DNA of 64,000 nt from Leptospiria bacterium (GTDB lineage: Bacteria > Spirochaetota > Leptospiria > Turneriellales > CBDBES01), in the NCBI GenBank assembly GCA_965204465.1, contig OZ241995.1, positions 468,144 through 532,143 of the forward strand, in the 5' to 3' direction. The position numbers and the translations under genes were made by a program. Below the pieces are notes generated by a model, which saw only the letters and a list, made by a program, of their open reading frames with translations, did no database searches and was not told the origin of the DNA. Shown piece after piece: positions 9,955 to 19,481 of this stretch (the stretch's first letter is position 1; each line of letters starts with the position of its first letter).

Positions 9955-10740
9955 GTGCAGTTAGATCAATATTTACATCAAAATTTGAAAAAGAAATATC
10001 TTTTTATTCCCTATCTGGCTTTAAATGATCCTGACTGGGATATGAGTCTTGAAATCATAAGTTCCTTTTTTAAATTAGGGGCAGATAGTGTTGAAATTGG
10101 ATTACCTTTTACAGATCCAGTGGCAGATGGGACTACATTGCAAAGAGCATTTGAAAGGATCATCAACAGTGGTTTTAAAATGTCTGAATTTTTCTTATTT
10201 TTAAAGAAGATCAACCAAAAATTCCCACAAAAACCTCTGATCATTATGGGATATTCCAATATTTTTCTACAATGGGGTATACCAGATATATTTTATAAAC
10301 TAGAAAAAAGAAACGTAAGGGGAATTATTATTTCTGATCTACCATTCGATGAAAAAAAGATATTTTCTTTTCAGCAGAGTAAAATTCCATTGATCAATTT
10401 CATCACACCAACAACCACAGATGAAAGACTACATAAGATATGTTCTGCTTCAGAAGGTTTTTTATATTTAGTCTCCAGAAAAGGAGTTACCGGGAAAAGC
10501 CATCATGACTTTAAATCCCTTGTCCCTTTATGCAATAAGATCAGAAGCAAAACAAACAAGCCTATTTTGGTTGGATTTGGTATTAGAGAAAAAAAGCAAG
10601 CAGAAAAAGTCATTCAAATGGCAGATGGCTTTATCATTGGTTCTTTAATACATGAAATTATAGAAAAAAATATAAAAGGGAAAAATAGGGATCAAATTCC
10701 CAGGAAGATATTCACTCGATTAAAAGAAATTCTTCCTTAA
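9955..10740 (+). CDS. trpA: tryptophan synthase alpha chain
   Basis: LNDPDWDMSLEIISSFFKLGADSVEIGLPFTDPVADGTTLQRAFERI and GFLYLVSRKGVTG...VGFGI are TrpA hallmarks. GTG start. No trpB is adjacent. Confidence 0.85.
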   Translation: MQLDQYLHQNLKKKYLFIPYLALNDPDWDMSLEIISSFFKLGADSVEIGLPFTDPVADGTTLQRAFERIINSGFKMSEFFLFLKKINQKFPQKPLIIMGYSNIFLQWGIPDIFYKLEKRNVRGIIISDLPFDEKKIFSFQQSKIPLINFITPTTTDERLHKICSASEGFLYLVSRKGVTGKSHHDFKSLVPLCNKIRSKTNKPILVGFGIREKKQAEKVIQMADGFIIGSLIHEIIEKNIKGKNRDQIPRKIFTRLKEILP

Positions 10741-10749
10741 ATAGGATCA

Positions 10750-10992
10750 TTACATTTTATATTTTTTCTTGAATTTATCCACTCTTCCAGCAGTATCCAC
10801 AAGCTTATGTTTACCCGTATAGAAAGGATGAGAAGCCGAACTAATATCCAGTTTAACTAATGGATAAGTTTTCCCGTCTTCCCATTTGATCGTCTGTGAA
10901 GAAGATATGGTAGAACGGGTTAGAAACTTAAAATTTGCAGAAGAGTCAGAAAAAACAACTTCCTTATATTCAGGGTGAATATCAGATTTCAT
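10750..10992 (-). CDS. rpmE: 50S ribosomal protein L31, type B (no Cys zinc motif)
   Basis: [14 protein letters not shown]...[24 protein letters not shown]. Confidence 0.92.
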   Translation of the reverse strand: MKSDIHPEYKEVVFSDSSANFKFLTRSTISSSQTIKWEDGKTYPLVKLDISSASHPFYTGKHKLVDTAGRVDKFKKKYKM

Positions 10993-11059
10993 AGATATCT
11001 ATGATCAAATATTAGATATATTGTAAAGAACAATTATTAAAAAACGCAGTGGTATCTAA

Positions 11060-11104
11060 ACAGGCTCAGATATGTGTACAAAGTACAGCCTAACGGCATT
11101 GGTT
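11060..11104 (+). repeat. dispersed intergenic repeat, copy b
   Basis: ACAGGCTCAGATATGTGTACAAAGTACAGCCTAACGGCATTGGTT. Confidence 0.85.
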
Positions 11105-11204
11105 ATTATAAAATTTTCACTTTTTTTCTTGACTATCTGAATCATTATTTTTGTATGGCTAAAGGATAACTATGTTATCCTTATAAATTTTAAGGAGGAC
11201 TTTT

Positions 11205-12479
11205 ATGTATAATAGGCTAAGCAGATTTTTAACTTTCATGATAATTATTTCAATCATGTTCTCTCTTTTCTTTGCCTGTAAAGAGAAAAATACCGGAGAA
11301 ATAGAAGTATTGCATTGGTGGACTTCCGGAGGAGAAGCTAAGGCAATGGCGCAATTGCAAAGAACTCTTGAAGATAAAGGCCATACTTGGAAAGATTTTG
11401 CTGTAGCAGGCGGCGCTGGTAATACAGCAATGACTGTATTAAAAACAAGAGTTTTATCTGGTACACCTCCTGTGGCAGCCCAAATTAAAGGACCATCAAT
11501 ACAAGATTGGGGTAAATTAAATGTACTGAGTAACTTGAACCCTATAGCAAAGAAAAATAATTGGGAAAAGAGAATTCCACCGGCAATTAACAGTATAATG
11601 AAACACAAAGGTAATTATGTAGCTGTCCCGGTGAATATACATAGAAATAATTGGATATGGATCAATAGACAAGTTTTTGAAAAAGCAAAAGTAAAGCCTC
11701 CTAAGACATGGGATGAATTTGAAAGAGTAGCTGAAAAGTTAAAGAAAGCAGGATTTATTCCAGTAGCCCATGGAGGGCAAAACTGGCAAGATAATACTGT
11801 TTTCGAAATAATTGCATTAGCTACGGGAAAAGAGGCTTTTTACAGAAAGGCTTTTATGGAATTAGACGAGAATACTCTAAAAGGTCCTGTCATGATCAAG
11901 ACATTTGAAAGATTGCGCACCTATAAAAAATATATAGATAAAGACTCCCCAGGCAGGGATTGGAATCTGGCCACCTCTATGGTGATACAGGGAAAAGCAG
12001 GTATGCAATTTATGGGCGATTGGGCTAAAGGAGAATTTTTTGCTGCGGGGAAAAAAGCAGAACAAGATTTTATCGCAGCCCCTGCTCCTGGTACAAATGA
12101 ATTTTTTATATTTACTACAGATAGTTTTATGTGTTTTAAACAGGGAGACAAAGAGCTTCCTAAAACTCAAGTAGACTTTGTAGAAGTTTTGTTGGGGAAT
12201 TCTTTTCAAAAAGTATTCAACATGAACAAGGGATCCATACCTGTAACTTTAGATACTCCTCTTACTGATTTTGATATATATGGTAAAAAATCCAGTCAAG
12301 ACTTTAAGAAAAATATTGTTTTGCCTAGTATGGCTCATGGAATGGCTGTAAATTCCGCAGTTAAAGGAGCCATTGAAGATGTAGTGACTAACTTTTTTAA
12401 CTCTGATAATATGTCTGCTAAAGAAGCTGCTCAAAGACTCGCAAAGAGTATACTAGGAGCAAAGAAAAAGGCTAAATGA
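11205..12479 (+). CDS. sugar ABC transporter substrate-binding protein (GtsA-like, glucose/mannose type)
   Basis: Signal/lipobox (FSLFFAC). The EVLHWWTSGGEAKA motif is typical of GtsA-type family-1 solute-binding proteins. First gene of a 4-gene ABC operon. Confidence 0.8.
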   Translation: MYNRLSRFLTFMIIISIMFSLFFACKEKNTGEIEVLHWWTSGGEAKAMAQLQRTLEDKGHTWKDFAVAGGAGNTAMTVLKTRVLSGTPPVAAQIKGPSIQDWGKLNVLSNLNPIAKKNNWEKRIPPAINSIMKHKGNYVAVPVNIHRNNWIWINRQVFEKAKVKPPKTWDEFERVAEKLKKAGFIPVAHGGQNWQDNTVFEIIALATGKEAFYRKAFMELDENTLKGPVMIKTFERLRTYKKYIDKDSPGRDWNLATSMVIQGKAGMQFMGDWAKGEFFAAGKKAEQDFIAAPAPGTNEFFIFTTDSFMCFKQGDKELPKTQVDFVEVLLGNSFQKVFNMNKGSIPVTLDTPLTDFDIYGKKSSQDFKKNIVLPSMAHGMAVNSAVKGAIEDVVTNFFNSDNMSAKEAAQRLAKSILGAKKKAK

Positions 12480-13417
12480 AAAATGAATCAAATAAAAAAA
12501 AATCTTCTTCTTTTTTTTCTAACAAGACATGGAATAAATATTTATTAGATAAAATTGATTCATGGATGCCACTGATCGTAGTAATTCCTACGATTCTGAT
12601 CACGATCGTTTTTATTTATGGCTTTATTCTATGGACTCTGCGCCTGTCTTTCTCTTCTTCTACCCTTTTCCCCCTATACAATTGGGTTGGTTTAGAACAA
12701 TATGAAGTTTTATTTGCAAGCGAAAGATGGTGGGTTGCCTGCAAGAATATTTTTATTTTTGGTTCTCTAATGATCTCCATATCTGTTATTTTGGGCCTGC
12801 TTTTGGCCATATTCCTGGATCAAAAAATACGCATAGAAGGATTTCTAAGGACTATATATCTATATCCAATGTCTCTTTCTTTTATTGTAACGGGGGTTTC
12901 ATGGAAATGGCTCCTTAATCCAAGTTTGGGAATAGAAAGAATTATAATCAATATGGGTTTTACTGACTTTTCCTTCGATTGGCTTATAATACCAGAGAAA
13001 GCTATTTATACAGTGGTAATGGCAGGGGTATGGCAGACATCTGGTTTTATTATGGCTCTCTTTTTAGCTGGTTTGAGAAAAATAGATGATTCGATCATTT
13101 TCTCTGCAAAAATAGATGGAGCAAATCTATTTTCCATTTATACTCGTATCATAATCCCAAGCTTACGCCCTATTTTTTTAAGTGCATTACTGATCCTATT
13201 ACATTTAGTGATCAAGAGTTTTGATCTTGTGGTGGCTTTAACCAACGGTGGGCCTGGTTATGCTACTGATCTTCCAGCGGTTTTTATGTATGCCCATTCC
13301 TTTACTCGTGATAACATTGGACTGGGTTCTTCTAGCGCGATCATGATACTGGGAGGCGTTCTGGCAATTATGGTACCTTATTTATACAGTGAAATTAAAA
13401 AGAGTGAAACTTCTTAA
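12476..13417 (+). CDS. sugar ABC transporter permease (MalF/UgpA-like)
   Basis: Multi-TM protein. EAA-like loop: AKIDGANLFSIYTRIIIPSLRP. ATGA overlap with the upstream gene. Confidence 0.8.
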   Translation: MKNESNKKKSSSFFSNKTWNKYLLDKIDSWMPLIVVIPTILITIVFIYGFILWTLRLSFSSSTLFPLYNWVGLEQYEVLFASERWWVACKNIFIFGSLMISISVILGLLLAIFLDQKIRIEGFLRTIYLYPMSLSFIVTGVSWKWLLNPSLGIERIIINMGFTDFSFDWLIIPEKAIYTVVMAGVWQTSGFIMALFLAGLRKIDDSIIFSAKIDGANLFSIYTRIIIPSLRPIFLSALLILLHLVIKSFDLVVALTNGGPGYATDLPAVFMYAHSFTRDNIGLGSSSAIMILGGVLAIMVPYLYSEIKKSETS

Positions 13418-14252
13418 AATCATGCTCTTCTTGCAAAAATTACCCCGATTCTTTTTATATTTGATCTTATTGCTTTTTGCATTATATTTTTTGTTGCCCC
13501 TATTTGTGATGTTAAATACCTCTGTAAAAACTCTGGAAGATATTCGTGGAGGAGATCTAATTTCCCTTCCCAAAGAAGTATCTTTTTCTGCCTGGTTAAA
13601 GGCTTGGCATTCAGTAAAAAAATATTTTTGGAATAGCATTCAAATTGTATTCCCTGCCGTATTCATATCTACTATTGTGGGTAGCATTAATGGTTATGTT
13701 TTATCTAAATGGCAATTTAAAGGAAGTAATCTATTTTTCATATTTTTATTGGTGGGCTGTTTCATTCCATTCCAGGTAATCCTTTTGCCAATGGCCCAAA
13801 CATTAGGATATATTCAACTGGCAGGCACAATACCTGGTTTGGTCATGGTGCACTCTATATATGGTATTCCATTTACGACTCTTTTTTTTAGAAATTATTA
13901 TATAAATATTCCTACTGAGATCATCAAGGCAGCGAAAGTGGATGGAGCTGGCTTTTTTAGAATATTCAGTAGTATCATGCTACCTATATCCATTCCCATC
14001 ATTGTGGTATCTGTTATATGGCAATTCACTCAAATTTGGAATGACTTTTTATTTGGAGTAGTGTATTCTTCTTCAGGTATACAGCCAATCACCGTAGCCC
14101 TGAACAACCTGGTAAATACTACTACATCTGTAAAAGAATATAATATGGATATGGCGGCTGCATTTATTACTGGTTTCCCTACCCTTATTGTTTATATTAT
14201 TTCAGGAAAATATTTCATAAGAGGTTTAACAAGTGGAGCAGTAAAGGGTTGA
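13389..14252 (+). CDS. sugar ABC transporter permease (MalG/UgpE-like)
   Basis: EAA loop: AAKVDGAGFFRIFSSIMLPISIP. Start is ambiguous: GTG 13389 overlaps the upstream gene, or ATG 13422. Confidence 0.8.
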   Translation: MKLKRVKLLKIMLFLQKLPRFFLYLILLLFALYFLLPLFVMLNTSVKTLEDIRGGDLISLPKEVSFSAWLKAWHSVKKYFWNSIQIVFPAVFISTIVGSINGYVLSKWQFKGSNLFFIFLLVGCFIPFQVILLPMAQTLGYIQLAGTIPGLVMVHSIYGIPFTTLFFRNYYINIPTEIIKAAKVDGAGFFRIFSSIMLPISIPIIVVSVIWQFTQIWNDFLFGVVYSSSGIQPITVALNNLVNTTTSVKEYNMDMAAAFITGFPTLIVYIISGKYFIRGLTSGAVKG

Positions 14253-14267
14253 TCTATAGGAGACTTC

Positions 14268-15368
14268 ATGTATACATTAAAAATAAAAAATCTATCTAAG
14301 TCTTTCAAAGGAGTACAAATACTCAAAAATATTAACATAGAAATAGAAACGGGTATGTTTTTAGTATTGCTAGGGCCTTCTGGATGTGGTAAATCTACAT
14401 TATTGAATGCAATTGCCGGTTTAGAACCTCCTACAAGCGGCGAAATCATATTGGGAGATAGAATTTTGAATGATGTTAAACCAAAGGATAGAGATATAGC
14501 AATGGTGTTTCAATCCTATGCTCTATATCCAAATTTTAATGTATATAATAACATAGCATTTGGGTTAAAGATACGAAAGACTCCTAAACCAGAACGAGAA
14601 CGTATTATTCAAGACCTAACAAAAATGCTACGCATAAATAAGCATCTATACAAAAAACCATCTCTACTTTCAGGAGGGGAAAGACAAAGAGTTGCCATTG
14701 CCAGGGCATTGGCCAGAAATCCAAAATTATTTTTGTTTGATGAGCCTTTGAGTAATTTAGATGCGAAACTCAGGCAACAAATGCGTTCCGAGATAAAAAA
14801 AATTCATAAGAATATCAAAACAACCTGCATTTATGTAACCCATGACCAGGTAGAAGCTATGACAATGGGTAATATAATTGCTATATTGAACCAGGGGGAT
14901 ATCCAACAAATAGGGCCCCCGAGTCAAATTTACCAAGATCCGCAAAATATGTTTGTAGCTGGTTTCATAGGCTCTCCGCCCATGAATTTCATAGAAGCAA
15001 AAACAGTAGTCCGTGGAGGTGGAAACTTGGAACTTGAAGTTTTAGAAGAAAACAAAAAAGTTTTATTAAGCATGCCGGGAGGTATAAAAAATGTAAAGAA
15101 AGATCAAAAAGTTATTTTGGGGATCCGTCCATCAAATATTACAAAGAAAGAAAATCCCAAGGATAAATCAAATATAATTCGATGCAAACTTGAGCTGATT
15201 GAACCAACTGGCTCAGATACATATTTAACCGCATTTATAAATAATACTAAGGTGATCAGCCGGATCAATTCTTACTATATGCAATCTGATGAAGAAATAA
15301 TTGATCTTCATTTTGATATGCCCAAGGCCATTCTATTTGATCCTACTACAGAGCAAAGAATCCGATAA
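14268..15368 (+). CDS. sugar ABC transporter ATP-binding protein (MalK/UgpC/MsmX family)
   Basis: Walker A (GPSGCGKST), signature (LSGGERQR), Walker B (LFLFDEPLSNLD), and a C-terminal MalK-type regulatory domain. Confidence 0.9.
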   Translation: MYTLKIKNLSKSFKGVQILKNINIEIETGMFLVLLGPSGCGKSTLLNAIAGLEPPTSGEIILGDRILNDVKPKDRDIAMVFQSYALYPNFNVYNNIAFGLKIRKTPKPERERIIQDLTKMLRINKHLYKKPSLLSGGERQRVAIARALARNPKLFLFDEPLSNLDAKLRQQMRSEIKKIHKNIKTTCIYVTHDQVEAMTMGNIIAILNQGDIQQIGPPSQIYQDPQNMFVAGFIGSPPMNFIEAKTVVRGGGNLELEVLEENKKVLLSMPGGIKNVKKDQKVILGIRPSNITKKENPKDKSNIIRCKLELIEPTGSDTYLTAFINNTKVISRINSYYMQSDEEIIDLHFDMPKAILFDPTTEQRIR

Positions 15369-15489
15369 GGTATATCCAGGATGAGTATGATATTTCCATT
15401 TTCTTTAAGAAATCCAATCAAAAACCATTGATTTCCCCTTTTCTTGTATATTTTTATTTCAAATAATGGGGGAGTGATTTCCATCCATT

Positions 15490-16611
15490 TCACAAATGGC
15501 TATGGATTTTATTCATTTCATATTTTATTTGAAATCCACTCTCTTGTATGTCTAAATTTTTTGCTGTGTCAAGCCTTCCATATTTTCCGAACATCAGAGG
15601 CCGTTCAGTGATATCTGATTCTAAAAGTAGCGTTCCGTAAGCCCCTTCATGGCCAATTATATTTTTTCTGTATTCGTTTGCAATGGTAAGACCCGCCCTT
15701 GTAAGAATACTGGTTTCTCCGACCAATGATCCTATGATCAATTGAATATGACGTTTGGCGGATTCTTCTGCGATGTATCTGGAACGCAGAATGCCTCCCA
15801 TCTTAGAAACGCGCAGGTTAATGATCATATTCTTTGAATGGGCTGGTATGAGATCAAAATGCTTTTCTTGGTAAAAGGATTCATCCAGTATAATTGGTAT
15901 GGGGTTCCTGTCTATTAATAAACTTAATTCCTCAAAATCAAAAGCCCGCAAAGGTTCTTCTATTGCCGCTGGTTCTATCGATATGGATTCAATATACTCT
16001 AAAACATCCTGTGAGTTTTGCCAAAGATTATTGGCATCTAAGCGGATGTTAGCATTATGCACCATAGAATTGATTATCTCAAATTTTTTGTTGTCAATGG
16101 CAGGGTTGCCTCTAATTTTTACTTTAAAGTCATTGAACCCATATTTACTATATTGGGTCGTTTGCGTTTGTATTGCTTCAATGGGATTATCGCCCAAGAC
16201 GGCCGTATATTGAAAACTTCCCTCTAATTCTGGTAGATCAAGTGTTTTTTCTACAGATTGTGAAAGTTCTTTCGACAAGGCATCTAATAAAGAAAGTTCT
16301 ATAGCACACCATATAGATGGGTTTTCATCAACTTCTTCTTTATGCTGTGAAATCCAATTTTCAATATCACTAAGAGAATGAATATGATCTATGATTTCAT
16401 CTCGATATTGATTAAAAAAATTCATACAGCTATTTATACTTTCCCCCGTAATGTACTCTCTGGGACAGCCTTCGCCAAAACCAATATTTCCACTTGAAGT
16501 TTCAGCGCTGACCAGCACAGATTGTGTTTTATCACGATCAGCAGTATTATGCTTAAAGTTAATTTTGAAAGGAATTTTCAATGATTGAATGTTCAATTTA
16601 TTAATTTTCAT
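15490..16611 (-). CDS. enolase-superfamily enzyme (mandelate racemase/muconate lactonizing family; racemase/epimerase-like)
   Basis: Metal and base ligand pattern: DFKVKI, RLDANNLW, IEEPL, ILDES. Overlaps the upstream gene by 11 nt. Confidence 0.75.
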   Translation of the reverse strand: MKINKLNIQSLKIPFKINFKHNTADRDKTQSVLVSAETSSGNIGFGEGCPREYITGESINSCMNFFNQYRDEIIDHIHSLSDIENWISQHKEEVDENPSIWCAIELSLLDALSKELSQSVEKTLDLPELEGSFQYTAVLGDNPIEAIQTQTTQYSKYGFNDFKVKIRGNPAIDNKKFEIINSMVHNANIRLDANNLWQNSQDVLEYIESISIEPAAIEEPLRAFDFEELSLLIDRNPIPIILDESFYQEKHFDLIPAHSKNMIINLRVSKMGGILRSRYIAEESAKRHIQLIIGSLVGETSILTRAGLTIANEYRKNIIGHEGAYGTLLLESDITERPLMFGKYGRLDTAKNLDIQESGFQIKYEMNKIHSHL

Positions 16612-19180
16612 TTATGGAATATGCCCCAATATCGAAAGTAAAATCATTTTTGTGTTGAAGTATTTGCGGTTTAAATTGCCCTTCCCGTTGTCCTTTGGTT
16701 AAACAACTGGCCTTATATAATTCAAAGGTTCCTTGTTTTATTCGATAAATGGCAAGCTGTTTTAGACGCTGGCTGGATCGCTTGGTTTTGTATTCTATAT
16801 TTTCATCCTGGATAGTGCTATCTAAAAAAGAAGCTGCATTGTTTAAATCGATAGCAACATTAGAAATAAATTCTATATATAGTTCATACTGGGAATTCCT
16901 CTCATTTGCTAGCATTTGGTAAAATTTTATTTCTATTTTCAGTTTTACTTCCATTTTTTGCATTGCAACGATCAACTGATTTTCGTATAATTTCTCACCA
17001 GTAATATTCGTAACTCCTTTTCCTTTTTGCAGGAATTTAAAAGTAGGCGTATTCCCAAATTTTCCGGTCACATGAACAATGTCATTCATATTGTATCTAT
17101 ACAGACCAGTGGGGGTTGTCACAAATAGATAATATTCCTTTCCTCTTTGGAGCTGTTCAATAGTGATAAAGTTATATTTATCTTTTTCCCAATCTTCTTT
17201 GGATATGAATTCAAAGAAATTCTCCTGAATAGTAGGCAAACCTTCGTTGTTCTTAGGGTTGATCGTAATCGTGCCTCTCATTTCACTCGATAGATAACCA
17301 AGGTCAAAAACATTCATACCTTTGGGGAAGGCTGGAAGTATGCTGTTCAGTGATATACCACAGCTTGCTCCTGTCCAAGTCACTAAAATTTTAAGATAAG
17401 GCCAAATATCATAGAAAGAAACTCTTTTTTTCTCGTGGATCATTGCGGCTAATTCATCTGATCTTTTACTATTTGGACGAAGCCTTTTATGAATATCATG
17501 AACTAATTTGCTGTCGATCGTATCAATGTATTTACATGTACCATTGGAAATATCATCGATCATGCTTTGATAGTTTTTATTTATCACTTCAAGTAATTTA
17601 TGAAATGAAGAAGGATTCGCACTGCCTAAGAATGTGATATTCTTGTGTTCTAATGCCAATCTACTTATGATATAATATTTCGCTTCATAATTCTGAATTT
17701 CAAATACTTTGCCAGGAAGAGCATACTTCAATTTGGCTAGTAGTGGCATTGTATTATAGATATGTCCCGAAGTGCTACCGTAAGGAGTACCTGATTCCAA
17801 ATAACCTTCTATAGCCGGACTTACTAATCCCAAAAGTTTTCCATAAAAAGCTTCAGGATAAGATTTATACTGAACATAGGAAAAAACTTGCTGTGATTTT
17901 TTTAGCATCTTTATGGTTTGCTTGAATACAGGAATATACTTAGGTTTTCCTGTGGTTCCACTTGTCTGATTATACATGAATGGAAGTTTACTAGTAAGAA
18001 TAGGCAATTTTTCATTTTCCTGTTTTGTAATATATGGTCTTAATCCTTCATAATCATAAATTGGGACATTTCTCTTAAAGGATTCATAATCTTTTATTTC
18101 AAAAAATTTGTGATATCTGCCAAATTCAGTTTTTTCATTCTGCCTGATGATCGAAAGCAATATTCTATTTTGAGTTCCTAGAGGGTCTTCTGCAATTTTG
18201 ACCAAAGGATCGTAGAGCTTATGCTTAATGGTGAACATTTTTATTTTAAGCATTCTGTTAAGCACCATACCACCTATATCTTGCAAGGGTAGTAGTATTT
18301 TATCTATTTCGCCAGAGAAAGGAGTTTTCATTTGTGAAATATAATCGAGGGGATATGACTTATTTTTCAATCCCAACTCCTTTACCAATTTCTTTTTAGG
18401 AAAGAAGTAAGTACCAAATAGAATATCCCATATAATAACATTATTTCCATAATTCGTATTTGATTCTTCGACCTTTACAGAATGGTGCCAACGGTGTAGT
18501 TGTGGTCCACTGATAATAAAATTCAAAAGTCCCATCTTGAGCTCAATATTGCAGTGTTGAAAAAATCCATTGACCGCATAGAAAACAAAATAACATGCAA
18601 GCACTTCTTCAGCCACTCCAAGGATAATAAATGGCATTGCATCAAAAAGAAATTGAAGTGCTTTTTCGATGGGATGAAAACGCCCTACATTCAACCAATA
18701 TAGTTTTTTAGGCGAATGATGTATGGCATGAAGTTTCCAGAGGATAGGATTTATATGTGAAAATTTATGGAACCAATATCTGAATAGATCGCCAATCAGG
18801 ACCATCATGATCGTCTGCACGGCAATATTCCAATGATGTGGCCATACTGCTTTTAACTGCAAGTTATAAAGGTTCAATATGGTGAGCAAGCCCATAGCCA
18901 CCAGAAAAGAGAGTATCTTAGGCAATGCCATTTGTATAGTAACCAGAAATAAGGTGTCATTCCATACGTCCTGCTTATTGGGGATCCAATCTCTTTTATG
19001 CGGGATGTATAGCTCAAAAAATGTTATTGCCGCTGCACAGAATGTGATCGGGATATAAGCACAAATAGACAAATGAAACTGCATGTTTTTAAGAAGATAG
19101 AACAGGCAAATGCCTATTGTCATGGTAGCTGGATAAACTATAGGCGGCCACAATTTGTATTCTGTATTTGATTCTTTCAT
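16601..19180 (-). CDS. fusion protein: N-terminal membrane fatty-acid hydroxylase/sterol desaturase-family domain plus C-terminal GH3-family adenylating acyl-acid amido synthetase domain
   Basis: His boxes (HKFSH, HAIHH, HRWHH) in a multi-TM N-terminal ~300 aa. GH3/ANL-like motif (YNQTSGTTGKPKYIP) and a ~530-aa GH3-like remainder. Confidence 0.7.
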   Translation of the reverse strand: MKESNTEYKLWPPIVYPATMTIGICLFYLLKNMQFHLSICAYIPITFCAAAITFFELYIPHKRDWIPNKQDVWNDTLFLVTIQMALPKILSFLVAMGLLTILNLYNLQLKAVWPHHWNIAVQTIMMVLIGDLFRYWFHKFSHINPILWKLHAIHHSPKKLYWLNVGRFHPIEKALQFLFDAMPFIILGVAEEVLACYFVFYAVNGFFQHCNIELKMGLLNFIISGPQLHRWHHSVKVEESNTNYGNNVIIWDILFGTYFFPKKKLVKELGLKNKSYPLDYISQMKTPFSGEIDKILLPLQDIGGMVLNRMLKIKMFTIKHKLYDPLVKIAEDPLGTQNRILLSIIRQNEKTEFGRYHKFFEIKDYESFKRNVPIYDYEGLRPYITKQENEKLPILTSKLPFMYNQTSGTTGKPKYIPVFKQTIKMLKKSQQVFSYVQYKSYPEAFYGKLLGLVSPAIEGYLESGTPYGSTSGHIYNTMPLLAKLKYALPGKVFEIQNYEAKYYIISRLALEHKNITFLGSANPSSFHKLLEVINKNYQSMIDDISNGTCKYIDTIDSKLVHDIHKRLRPNSKRSDELAAMIHEKKRVSFYDIWPYLKILVTWTGASCGISLNSILPAFPKGMNVFDLGYLSSEMRGTITINPKNNEGLPTIQENFFEFISKEDWEKDKYNFITIEQLQRGKEYYLFVTTPTGLYRYNMNDIVHVTGKFGNTPTFKFLQKGKGVTNITGEKLYENQLIVAMQKMEVKLKIEIKFYQMLANERNSQYELYIEFISNVAIDLNNAASFLDSTIQDENIEYKTKRSSQRLKQLAIYRIKQGTFELYKASCLTKGQREGQFKPQILQHKNDFTFDIGAYSINEN

Positions 19181-19407
19181 TATATAGCATTCATTCTATT
19201 TTGTTATGATATGCGGCCAGTTGGTCATTGCCCTACCAATGTAATTGTATAATTTTCACTTCAAATTGTAAAGCATTTATTATATAATTTATATTGGATG
19301 AGATGGAGTTTGTAATTTTATTCTTTGTATATTCCTTGGGTTATATTTGACTTTGATCTTTAATGGGTCACAAGCATTTGTTTTTCATCAAAAATGTAAA
19401 AAAAGTA

Positions 19408-19437
19408 TTGACAAAAACAGTTTTTTTAAGTATCTCT
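19408..19437 (+). promoter_or_regulatory. candidate sigma70-type promoter
   Basis: TTGACA (19408-19413), 18 nt, TATCTC (19432-19437). Lies about 45 nt upstream of ATG 19482. Confidence 0.3.
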
Positions 19438-19481
19438 ATACTCTTTTTAATACAATATAAAAGAAATATTTATCGAAGAAT

